Shown here: in pieces, positions 13,869 through 20,623 of the stretch
How the letters are laid out: every line of letters begins with the position of its first letter
Position numbering within the stretch: position 1 is the first letter of the stretch
Sequence record: MH051918
Source: Escherichia phage vB_EcoS_IME347
Length of the DNA stretch: 50,048 bases
Reading direction: 5' to 3' (one strand)
Position numbers and translations under genes: made by a program
Notes under the pieces: model-generated
Told to the model about the DNA's origin: nothing
The model's input: only the letters and a program-made list of their open reading frames with translations
Databases searched by the model: none

Positions 13869-14975
13869 ATGAAGGCAAAGCAAAGGTTCGACAGTGTAAA
13901 AATCAAGGCGCACTTTGATGAACATGGTTTCTTGGTTGACCGTCCGATCGTGGCGCGAATCGGCGCTCAAACGTACCGCACCCCGCATGGGGATCGAGTT
14001 GAGTTCCGCCCGGCCTCGGAGGTTTTCAAGGCTGAATCTCTGGAGACTTATGCGGGCAAGCCCGTAACTATCGGTCACGTAACCGTAAATCCAGACAATG
14101 CGGAAAGCGTGGTTGTGGGATCTTGCGCTGGCTCTGGAATCCCGTCCGGGATCGGGGTTGAGGTTCCAATGTCAATCTACAGCCAGCGAGCGATCGACAA
14201 AGCGAAGTCGAAGGCGGCGGCGGAAATCTCCGTGGGCTACACGTCCGAAGATATCGAAAAGCCGGGTTGGGGTTCCAATGAAACTGGCGAATACATCTTC
14301 GAAGAGGATATGAAGCAGGACGAAGCGCCCCCGGCTGGATGGGTTCACTTTGACGCCCTGCAAACGAACATCAAAGTTAATCACGTCGCGCTTGTGTTTA
14401 AAGGCCGTGCGGGAATCGCTAAATTGAACCTTGATAGCGAGCAGGAATTCCCGTATGATAACGACGTTGACACAAACAAAGAGGATAATGAAATGACTGT
14501 AAAAATTAAGATCGACTCCGCAGAAGTGGAAGTGACCAAGGATGTTGCCGCACACATCGAAAAGCTGAATGCTGAAATCGCAACTGTTCAGGGCAAGGCC
14601 GATGGTCTGGAAGCTGAACGCGATAACCTGAAAGAGAAGGTTGACGGCATCCCGGCGCAAATCGAAGCGGCTGTAGCTCAGGCGAAAGCTGACGCTGAAG
14701 CAATGACCGCGCTTATCGCTCTCGCCTCCGAAGCTGGCGTGAAGTGTGACGGTCTGGACGCTAAAGGAATCAAGGTAGCATTCATCAAAGAAACTACCGG
14801 GAAAGATGTTTCCACCAAATCAGACGCCTATATCGAAACAGCTTTCGACTTTGCGAAAGATTGTGATAACATGGCCTCACAGCGTCAAAGCATTAAAGGC
14901 GATGCCGCGAAAGAAAAAGAGGACGAAAAGCCGGAACTGACTCCGAACTCTCGCCTCGCTAAACTCAACAAGTAA
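13869..14975 (+). CDS. prohead scaffold/protease-like protein (DUF2213-like), 368 aa
   Basis: The N-terminus resembles the DUF2213 pattern (...ARIGAQTYRTPHGDRVEFRPASEVF...GKPVTIGHV). Ala/Glu-rich coiled-coil C-terminal half. Sits before the capsid genes. Confidence 0.6.
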   Translation: MKAKQRFDSVKIKAHFDEHGFLVDRPIVARIGAQTYRTPHGDRVEFRPASEVFKAESLETYAGKPVTIGHVTVNPDNAESVVVGSCAGSGIPSGIGVEVPMSIYSQRAIDKAKSKAAAEISVGYTSEDIEKPGWGSNETGEYIFEEDMKQDEAPPAGWVHFDALQTNIKVNHVALVFKGRAGIAKLNLDSEQEFPYDNDVDTNKEDNEMTVKIKIDSAEVEVTKDVAAHIEKLNAEIATVQGKADGLEAERDNLKEKVDGIPAQIEAAVAQAKADAEAMTALIALASEAGVKCDGLDAKGIKVAFIKETTGKDVSTKSDAYIETAFDFAKDCDNMASQRQSIKGDAAKEKEDEKPELTPNSRLAKLNK

Positions 14976-14987
14976 GGAGAAGAAATT

Positions 14988-15464
14988 ATGGCAATTGCAG
15001 CAAGCTATCAGAAAGATATGTCTATCGCCGTTCCGGGTATGGTGGCAGACACCTCCCGTTACAACATCGACGGCGCTTGCGTACTGAGCGGTGACGTTGA
15101 TATCCTCGTCGGCGTTGCGGTTCAGGTTGACAACGTTCAGGCCGTTGACGGTCACAAAGTCATGAAGCCTATGGCATCCGGCGGCAAGGCTTATGGTGTG
15201 GCGATTCGCTCCCACTTCCAGACTAAAGGCAAAGATGGTCAGATGTACTATGAAGCGGGCGGCGGCATTAACGTAATGACCTCCGGGCGCGTTTGGGTTA
15301 TCTCCAAAGATTCCACCGCTCCGGCGTTTGGTGAAACTGTCAACTTTGACGTTGACGGACAGCAGAAAGCAGACGGCGCGATCGAAACCGCATGGACTTA
15401 TGCGGGCGGCTTCACTACCTATCAGGATTTGAAGCTGGTTGAAATCCAATTGCATCAACTGTAA
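14988..15464 (+). CDS. head decoration/cement-like protein, paralog A, 158 aa
   Basis: Track ORF with an AAGGAG RBS. Shares YNIDGACV, GVAVQV, GRVWV, (A/S)PAFGE and AGGF with the next gene. Lies between the scaffold and capsid genes. Confidence 0.6.
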   Translation: MAIAASYQKDMSIAVPGMVADTSRYNIDGACVLSGDVDILVGVAVQVDNVQAVDGHKVMKPMASGGKAYGVAIRSHFQTKGKDGQMYYEAGGGINVMTSGRVWVISKDSTAPAFGETVNFDVDGQQKADGAIETAWTYAGGFTTYQDLKLVEIQLHQL

Positions 15465-15479
15465 TAAGTAGCTAATATA

Positions 15480-15507
15480 GGGATTACCTTTTGGTAGTCC
15501 CTTTTTT
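15480..15507 (+). terminator. intrinsic terminator after decoration paralog A
   Basis: GGGATTACC-tttt-GGTAGTCCC (one mismatch) followed by T6, then ATTGGAGGTA. Confidence 0.7.
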
Positions 15508-15522
15508 ATTGGAGGTAATAAA

Positions 15523-16017
15523 ATGTCTGATTATGGTAATTTGTCTTTGGGGGTTAGCTGTCCCGGCCTCCTGTCCGATACGTCGGACTATAATATCGAC
15601 GGCGCTTGTGTGGCTCGTGGGGAAATTCCTTTTGGTGTCGCTGTTCAGGTTGTCGAGATCGTGGATGGTGTCAAGGTTGTCTCCGCGCTGAGTGACGGCA
15701 AGCCGTATGGTGTGTCGATGCGATCGCAATACGAAAACTTGTCGGGCGTGGTTCAGGACGGCGAACCTGTGAGCGTTATCTCTCATGGTCGAGTTTGGGT
15801 TCGCACCTCTCTGGAGGATTCGCCCGCTTTCGGTGAGAAGTTATCCTTCGAATCTGGCGGAGAAGTATCTGAGGCCGGGGAGGCTGGCTGGCCTTTCGCT
15901 GGAGGTTTCGTTAAGTTTGGTGAGGGCTGGATTGTAGAGGTTCAGGTTTTGCAAAACCGATACTACATCCCACCTGAGCCGGAACCTGAACCAGAACAAG
16001 ACCCGGAAGAGCCGTAG
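15523..16017 (+). CDS. head decoration/cement-like protein, paralog B with acidic PE-rich tail, 164 aa
   Basis: Track ORF, paralog of 14988-15464. Its C-terminus PPEPEPEPEQDPEEP ends at TAG 16015-16017, and the same composition continues in frame to 16080. Confidence 0.65.
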   Translation: MSDYGNLSLGVSCPGLLSDTSDYNIDGACVARGEIPFGVAVQVVEIVDGVKVVSALSDGKPYGVSMRSQYENLSGVVQDGEPVSVISHGRVWVRTSLEDSPAFGEKLSFESGGEVSEAGEAGWPFAGGFVKFGEGWIVEVQVLQNRYYIPPEPEPEPEQDPEEP

Positions 16018-16080
16018 CCGGAAGATCCTGAACCGGAAGAGGGAGGCGAAACTGACCCGGAAGAAGGTTCAGAGGGTTAA
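16018..16080 (+). other. in-frame post-TAG extension (20 codons, PEDPEPEEGGETDPEEGSEG, then TAA)
   Basis: Direct translation in the frame of 15523-16017. CCGGAAGA units recur on both sides of the TAG. Confidence 0.6.
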
Positions 16081-16092
16081 CACAAAAACAGT

Positions 16093-16120
16093 TTGACGCT
16101 TTAACAAAAAGTGCTATCAT
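16093..16120 (+). promoter_or_regulatory. sigma70-like promoter TTGACG-16-TGcTATCAT (capsid gene)
   Basis: TTGACG at 16093-16098 and TATCAT at 16115-16120. The predicted +1 (~16127) lies inside the 5' arm of terminator 16121-16148. Confidence 0.55.
16100..16117 (-). promoter_or_regulatory. inverted box copy forming the spacer and TGn of the capsid promoter
   Basis: The plus strand reads TTTAACAAAAAGTGCTAT, embedded in TTGACG-16-TATCAT. Confidence 0.5.
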
Positions 16121-16148
16121 AAAGCCGTTATCACTTAACGGCTTTTTT
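16121..16148 (+). terminator. intrinsic terminator immediately upstream of the capsid gene
   Basis: AGCCGTTA-tcact-TAACGGCT followed by T6. Confidence 0.75.
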
Positions 16149-16167
16149 CACAAAAGAGGATGTAAAC

Positions 16168-17145
16168 ATGACTAAGAAATATGACGAATTCGAAGCAACC
16201 GTAGTTGGCTCCCACCTGAAGATGCGCGGTGAAAAAGCCGATGCTGATACTCTCGGTATCTGGACTGCTCAGGAGCTTCACAAGCTGAAAAATCAGTCTT
16301 ACGAAAAAGACTATCCGGCAGGTTCCGCTCTGCGAGTATTCCCGGTAACTAACGATCTGTCCCCGGTTGATAAGACCTTCGAATATCAGACCTTTGATAA
16401 GGTTGGTATCGCGCAGATTATCACCGACTACACCGATGATCTTCCTCTGGTTGATGCTATGTCGTCCAGCGAGTTTGGCAAAGTTTTCCGCCTCGGTAAC
16501 GCATACCTGATTTCAATTGACGAAATCAAAGCAGGTCAAGCAACTGGCAAGTCGCTGTCTAATCGCAAGGTTAACGCCGCGCAACTGGCACACGATCAGT
16601 TAGTCAACCGCCTGGTGTTTAAAGGTTCTGTTCCTCACAAAATTGTGAGCGTGTTTAATCACCCGAACATTACCAAGATCACCTCCAAAGGCTGGACGTC
16701 AACCGCTGGTAGCGTAGTAACCAAAAACCCGGAAACCGCAGAAGAAGAACTGACGGCGGCTATTGAGTCGATCCAGACTCTGACGATGGGCGCACACCGT
16801 GCAACGCACATCCTGATCCCGCCGTCAATGCGCAAGGTTCTGACTGTTCGTATGCCTGACTCCACTGAAAGCTATCTGGATTACTTCATGAAGCAGAACG
16901 GCGGAATCACCATCGAATCAATCGCGGAACTGGAGGATATCGACGGCGCTGGCACGAAGGGTGCTCTGGTTTACGAGTACGACCCGATGAATATGTCCAT
17001 CGAAATTCCTGAAGCGTTCAACATGCTTCCTGCGCAGCCGAAAGACCTGCACTTCAAAGTGCCTTGCACCTCTAAGTGTACTGGTCTTACGATTTACCGC
17101 CCACTAACGATTGTCCTGATTACAGGACTTGCAGTAAGCGAGTAA
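16168..17145 (+). CDS. major capsid protein, 325 aa
   Basis: Track ORF. Bracketed by terminators and has its own promoter. Size and position fit, and the sequence looks DUF2184-type. Confidence 0.8.
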   Translation: MTKKYDEFEATVVGSHLKMRGEKADADTLGIWTAQELHKLKNQSYEKDYPAGSALRVFPVTNDLSPVDKTFEYQTFDKVGIAQIITDYTDDLPLVDAMSSSEFGKVFRLGNAYLISIDEIKAGQATGKSLSNRKVNAAQLAHDQLVNRLVFKGSVPHKIVSVFNHPNITKITSKGWTSTAGSVVTKNPETAEEELTAAIESIQTLTMGAHRATHILIPPSMRKVLTVRMPDSTESYLDYFMKQNGGITIESIAELEDIDGAGTKGALVYEYDPMNMSIEIPEAFNMLPAQPKDLHFKVPCTSKCTGLTIYRPLTIVLITGLAVSE

Positions 17146-17158
17146 ATTGATTACTATA

Positions 17159-17186
17159 GGGACTCATTAATTTGAGTCCCTTTTTT
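17159..17186 (+). terminator. intrinsic terminator after the capsid gene
   Basis: GGGACTCA-ttaatt-TGAGTCCC followed by T6. Confidence 0.8.
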
Positions 17187-17205
17187 ATTATCTGGAGAAA
17201 CCAAA

Positions 17206-17499
17206 ATGGCTAAAGAACAAAAAACCAAAGCAACCGAAGAGCGCGTAGCGATTGTGAACGTCGGAACGGCGCTGATTTTCATCAACGGTGAAAAGCTGAT
17301 GCCGGATCAGGAAATTGAAATTGATGTGGCTCAACTGAAAACCTCCGGCGTTGAATACCTGTTCGGGCAGGGCGTGGTTATTGTCAAAGATAACTCCGCA
17401 TTAACCAATGAAGTGCGAGCACGAATTGAAGCGCGTCGCAAAGAAGATCCTACCGCTGGCAAGTCCCAAAAAGAACTTGAGGACGGCGGCGAGTTCTAA
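17206..17499 (+). CDS. hypothetical head-associated protein, 97 aa
   Basis: Track ORF with a CTGGAGAAA RBS after terminator 17159-17186. Confidence 0.7.
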   Translation: MAKEQKTKATEERVAIVNVGTALIFINGEKLMPDQEIEIDVAQLKTSGVEYLFGQGVVIVKDNSALTNEVRARIEARRKEDPTAGKSQKELEDGGEF

Positions 17500-17504
17500 A
17501 ACCG

Positions 17505-17521
17505 GGGCGCTATATGCGCCC
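17505..17521 (+). other. GC hairpin without a U-tract
   Basis: GGGCGC-tatat-GCGCCC followed by TTAATTG. Confidence 0.4.
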
Positions 17522-17546
17522 TTAATTGTATCTGGAGGAAAGCAAA

Positions 17547-17960
17547 ATGACTGAGCAGGAAACCCAAGAAACTTACAACATCCTCGTTGCACTGGCTCCG
17601 CCTATGCAGAATCTAAACCCCGAGCAGATTAAGATCTGGATTGATTTAGCTAGCGACTACGTTTGCAAGAAGAAGTTCAAAAGTAAATACCTGAAGGCGG
17701 TTGCTCTGTACGCTCTTCACCTGATGGTGCTTGATGGTGCAATGAAGCAATCAACGGAAAGTGTAGAGTCAATGGGGCGGCGTGTAACGTCATTCTCTCT
17801 GAGCGGTGAATTCTCTCAGACGTTCGGTGATGTGTCGAAAACAACCTCCGCTGACGTTTTGGAGCAAACACCTTGGGGCAAGATGTATCGCGCATTGCTT
17901 CGCAAGAGTGGCGGCGGGATGGGTTTATTAACTGGATATCGTGCGGGGTGCAGACGATGA
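17547..17960 (+). CDS. head-tail adaptor/connector protein (putative), 137 aa
   Basis: Track ORF 17526.. trimmed to ATG 17547 after GGAGGAAAG. Position and helical N-terminus are typical of gp6-like adaptors. Confidence 0.6.
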   Translation: MTEQETQETYNILVALAPPMQNLNPEQIKIWIDLASDYVCKKKFKSKYLKAVALYALHLMVLDGAMKQSTESVESMGRRVTSFSLSGEFSQTFGDVSKTTSADVLEQTPWGKMYRALLRKSGGGMGLLTGYRAGCRR

Positions 17961-18334
17961 ATTACGATTCTGTGAGAAAGCTGGCAAAGGACGGGATTGA
18001 TTTCTTTGCCGATCCTATGCTGGGTGGTGGCGATTGTACGCTTATTCGCGGCGGCGGCGTGAAGATGGTTAACGGGGTTGAGGTTGTTCAGCCTCATGAA
18101 ACCTTCGTCATTCGCGGGGTTATTCGTGATGTAAATTCCCGTGACGTTAACGGCGACACTATCCGGGCTGAAGATAAGCGAGGGATTTTCACCTATCAGG
18201 TAGATATCGCCAAGGGGAACTGGATGCTTATCGAAGGCGTGAAATATGAAGTTGTCGATCCTCGCCCTATAAAACCTTGCGGTGCGGTTGTCGCCTATCG
18301 CCCAATCCTTCGGAGGGTTGCAGTCTATGGCTAA
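17957..18334 (+). CDS. head-tail joining protein (putative), 125 aa
   Basis: Track ORF 17873.. trimmed to ATG 17957 (ATGA overlap). Confidence 0.6.
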   Translation: MNYDSVRKLAKDGIDFFADPMLGGGDCTLIRGGGVKMVNGVEVVQPHETFVIRGVIRDVNSRDVNGDTIRAEDKRGIFTYQVDIAKGNWMLIEGVKYEVVDPRPIKPCGAVVAYRPILRRVAVYG

Positions 18335-18767
18335 CTACGTGATCAGACAATTTCACGGTTCGATTGACGCATGGATAAAGGCCGCACAAAGCGGCCTAGA
18401 AGATGCTGTAGAAATGATGTTGATGGATGTACACAAGGCGTTAGTTATGGGCTCCCCGGTTGATACAGGGCGCTTCCGTGCCAACTGGCAGATAACATTT
18501 AACACCTACCCACTTCATTCACTCAATGCATATGACAAGCAGGGGCAGGACACAATCGCAGAAGGTCAGGCGAAAATCTCCGGGATGTTCCGGCGTGGTG
18601 GCGCTATAACTTCCGTCCACTTCTCCAACCTGTTAATATATGCCAATGCGCTGGAGTACGGGCATTCAAAACAGGCTCCGGCTGGCGTGGTTGGTATTGT
18701 GGCGGTTAGGTTGCGTTCCTTTATGGCTGACGCGATCAGGAAAGCGAGGGCTAAAAATGCACTATGA
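18327..18767 (+). CDS. HK97 gp10-like neck/tail-attachment protein, 146 aa
   Basis: Track ORF 18282.. trimmed to ATG 18327. The motif TGRFRANWQ and the ending ...ANALEYGHS are typical of the HK97 gp10 family. Confidence 0.65.
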   Translation: MANYVIRQFHGSIDAWIKAAQSGLEDAVEMMLMDVHKALVMGSPVDTGRFRANWQITFNTYPLHSLNAYDKQGQDTIAEGQAKISGMFRRGGAITSVHFSNLLIYANALEYGHSKQAPAGVVGIVAVRLRSFMADAIRKARAKNAL

Positions 18768-19170
18768 ATTATCAGTGGCGGCGCGAGCCGCCCTTGGGGA
18801 ATGGCTGGAGATCCCCGGAAACGAATATCCAGTGGCTTACGAGAGCGTTCCTTTTGAGCCTCCTTCGGACGGTTCCAGTTGGTTAAAATTCGACTACGTG
18901 GAGGCGGAAACCGTTCGAGTCGGACTGTCCCGCAAGTGCTCGTATTATGTGGGGATGGTTCAGGTTGGCATACACTTTGCGCCGGGGTTAGGTATGGACT
19001 CAACCCGGCTACTCGCGAAAAACCTTGCTGATTTTTTCGCAGATGGTAAAATGCTGATTAACGGTTGTTATATCGTGGAGGGTGGAGAGGTTCGCCCTGT
19101 TCAAAAATCTGTGGGCGGATGGTTCTATCCTGTTCGCTTTTATGTTCGTTATGACTCAAAGGGAGTATAA
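18757..19170 (+). CDS. tail completion/terminator protein (putative), 137 aa
   Basis: Track ORF 18640.. trimmed to ATG 18757 (GAGGG 7 nt upstream). Sits immediately before the tail tube gene. Confidence 0.55.
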   Translation: MHYELSVAARAALGEWLEIPGNEYPVAYESVPFEPPSDGSSWLKFDYVEAETVRVGLSRKCSYYVGMVQVGIHFAPGLGMDSTRLLAKNLADFFADGKMLINGCYIVEGGEVRPVQKSVGGWFYPVRFYVRYDSKGV

Positions 19171-19173
19171 ATT

Positions 19174-19836
19174 ATGCATTTACCTAACGGTTCTCAAATT
19201 TTCATCGGCTCCACCGTCGCTAATGCTGTAGATGTAACCAACGTTAGCAACGCTGTCGATCCGGTTTTCTCAATGGCTGACACCTCCGGCTTTTCCGAAA
19301 ATGACTACGTTATCGTAACGTCTGCCGCTTGGGGCAAACTTCAGGATCGAGTCCTGCGCGTTAAGTCCGTAGCTGAGGGCGTAAGCGTAACTCTGGAGGG
19401 TATCGATACAACCGATACTAACGTTTTCCCAACTGGCACCAACCCGGCGAAGATTGCGAAGATTACCGCATGGACTGAAATCCCTTGCGTTCAAGATCTT
19501 TCTCAGGACGGCGGCGAGCAGCAGTTTTACACGTATCAGTGTCTGTCCGACGATCAGGAGCAGCAGTTACCGACGTTTAAGTCTGCCGTGTCTCTGACTT
19601 ACACCTTTGCGCACGAATTTGATAACGCGATTTATCCGATCCTGCGCAAACTGGACGAGTCCGGCGACGTTACCCCGCTGCGAATGTTCATCCCTAAAGC
19701 GCGAGAAATGCGCCTGTGGGCTGGTATCTTGTCTTTCAACGAGATTCCGCAGACCAGCGTTAACGAAATGGAAACTGTTTCTTTGTCCGTTTCCCTGAAA
19801 GGTAAATTCACCTTCCTTTCTTCCGAAACTGAATAA
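19174..19836 (+). CDS. major tail (tube) protein, 220 aa
   Basis: Track ORF. Sits upstream of the chaperone pair and tape measure. Followed by strong terminator 19844-19867. Confidence 0.8.
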   Translation: MHLPNGSQIFIGSTVANAVDVTNVSNAVDPVFSMADTSGFSENDYVIVTSAAWGKLQDRVLRVKSVAEGVSVTLEGIDTTDTNVFPTGTNPAKIAKITAWTEIPCVQDLSQDGGEQQFYTYQCLSDDQEQQLPTFKSAVSLTYTFAHEFDNAIYPILRKLDESGDVTPLRMFIPKAREMRLWAGILSFNEIPQTSVNEMETVSLSVSLKGKFTFLSSETE

Positions 19837-19843
19837 TCCCAAT

Positions 19844-19867
19844 GGGGGCGCTTGCGCTCCCTTTTTT
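19844..19867 (+). terminator. intrinsic terminator after the tail tube gene
   Basis: GGGGGCG-cttg-CGCTCCC (one G.U pair) followed by T6. Confidence 0.8.
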
Positions 19868-19871
19868 GTTT

Positions 19872-19880
19872 CTGTAGAAT
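19872..19880 (+). promoter_or_regulatory. CTGTAGAAT -10-like nonamer after a terminator
   Basis: Lies 5 nt after the T-run of terminator 19844-19867. The motif recurs at 23924, 26057, 41647 and 37379 (minus strand). Confidence 0.4.
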
Positions 19881-19907
19881 CACTGTATCAAATCAATACG
19901 GCGCTGT

Positions 19908-19925
19908 TTTAACAAAAAGTGCTAT
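19908..19925 (-). promoter_or_regulatory. inverted box copy upstream of the tail chaperone gene
   Basis: The plus strand reads TTTAACAAAAAGTGCTAT followed by CAC, giving TGcTATCAC. Lies 24 nt before ATG 19949. Confidence 0.45.
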
Positions 19926-19948
19926 CACACCAATCAGGAGAAATGACA

Positions 19949-20263
19949 ATGGCTAAATTCAAGTTCACTCTGGGCGCACTGCCTGACTTCAAACTTCCAG
20001 TATCGTTCAACATGCCGAACGGCGAAGAAGGTCGAATCGTGTTTACCGTTAAGCACAAGACCGCCGCAGAGATTCAGGAGTTATTCCAGAAAGGTGCGGG
20101 CGATAAAGATTTCGTGATGGAATTGGCTGTGGGTTGGGATATCGCGGACGACGAGTTTAACGAAGAGAACGTAGAGCGACTGATCAACTATTACCCCGGC
20201 TCAATGCTCGCACTGACTCAGGCATACATGAAGGCTCTTGCAGGTCAGCGCGTAAAAAACTAA
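19949..20263 (+). CDS. tail assembly chaperone G-like, 104 aa
   Basis: Track ORF 19919.. trimmed to ATG 19949 (AGGAG 8 nt upstream). Ends just after the slippery A_AAA_AAC. Confidence 0.8.
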   Translation: MAKFKFTLGALPDFKLPVSFNMPNGEEGRIVFTVKHKTAAEIQELFQKGAGDKDFVMELAVGWDIADDEFNEENVERLINYYPGSMLALTQAYMKALAGQRVKN

Positions 20264-20580
20264 AACGGGCGGTTTATCTGATGTATCAGAAGCCGCCCAC
20301 GGATGAAGAATTACGATCGGCTGGCTTATCCAGATCTGACTATGAAGGCGAGGAGCCGGAAGAGGTTATCGGCTCCGAAGATATGCTGAAGTCATGGGAC
20401 GTGTTTTGCGCTATGCAAACACAGTGGAGAAGCGCGGGAGCCGGGGCTTATGGCCTTGATTACAATGTCTTGCCGATGCTGTTCAAAATCTATAAAATAG
20501 ACGATGAAGAGCTAACGTTAAATGACGTGCGAGTTATGGAACAGAAAGCATTAGAAATGATGCACCATAACGCAAAATAA
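19949..20580 (+). CDS. tail assembly chaperone GT-like fusion made by a -1 frameshift
   Basis: After a slip at 20254-20260, the -1 frame (CTA AAA CGG GCG GTT TAT CTG ATG...) is open and in phase with track ORF 20281..20580. Sits directly upstream of the tape measure gene. Confidence 0.75.
20254..20260 (+). promoter_or_regulatory. -1 programmed frameshift slippery heptamer A_AAA_AAC
   Basis: The zero frame reads GTA AAA AAC TAA. This is a canonical X_XXY_YYZ heptamer, 1 codon before the stop. Confidence 0.75.
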
Positions 20581-20582
20581 CA

Positions 20583-20605
20583 AGCCGCCTTCGGGCGGTT
20601 TTTTT
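20583..20605 (+). terminator. intrinsic terminator after the chaperone genes
   Basis: CCGCC-ttcg-GGCGG followed by T7. Confidence 0.75.
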
Positions 20606-20623
20606 GTATCTGGAGGAATAATT

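Noticed and set aside
14172-15458. Long antisense track ORFs: 14172-14660 (-), 14877-15458 (-), and similarly 24709-25323 (-), 27346-27909 (-), 4618-5193 (-), 46528-47022 (+), 791-1240 (-).
   Set aside because: They lie opposite well-supported genes, lack RBSs, and have biased junk-like composition (Arg/Ser/Cys-rich). These are shadow ORFs.
17153-17162. ACTATAGGGA (and ATATAGGGA at 15476-15484) resembles the T7 promoter core.
   Set aside because: The match is only about 10 nt and no phage RNA polymerase gene is present. The GGGA belongs to the 5' arm of the terminator stems.
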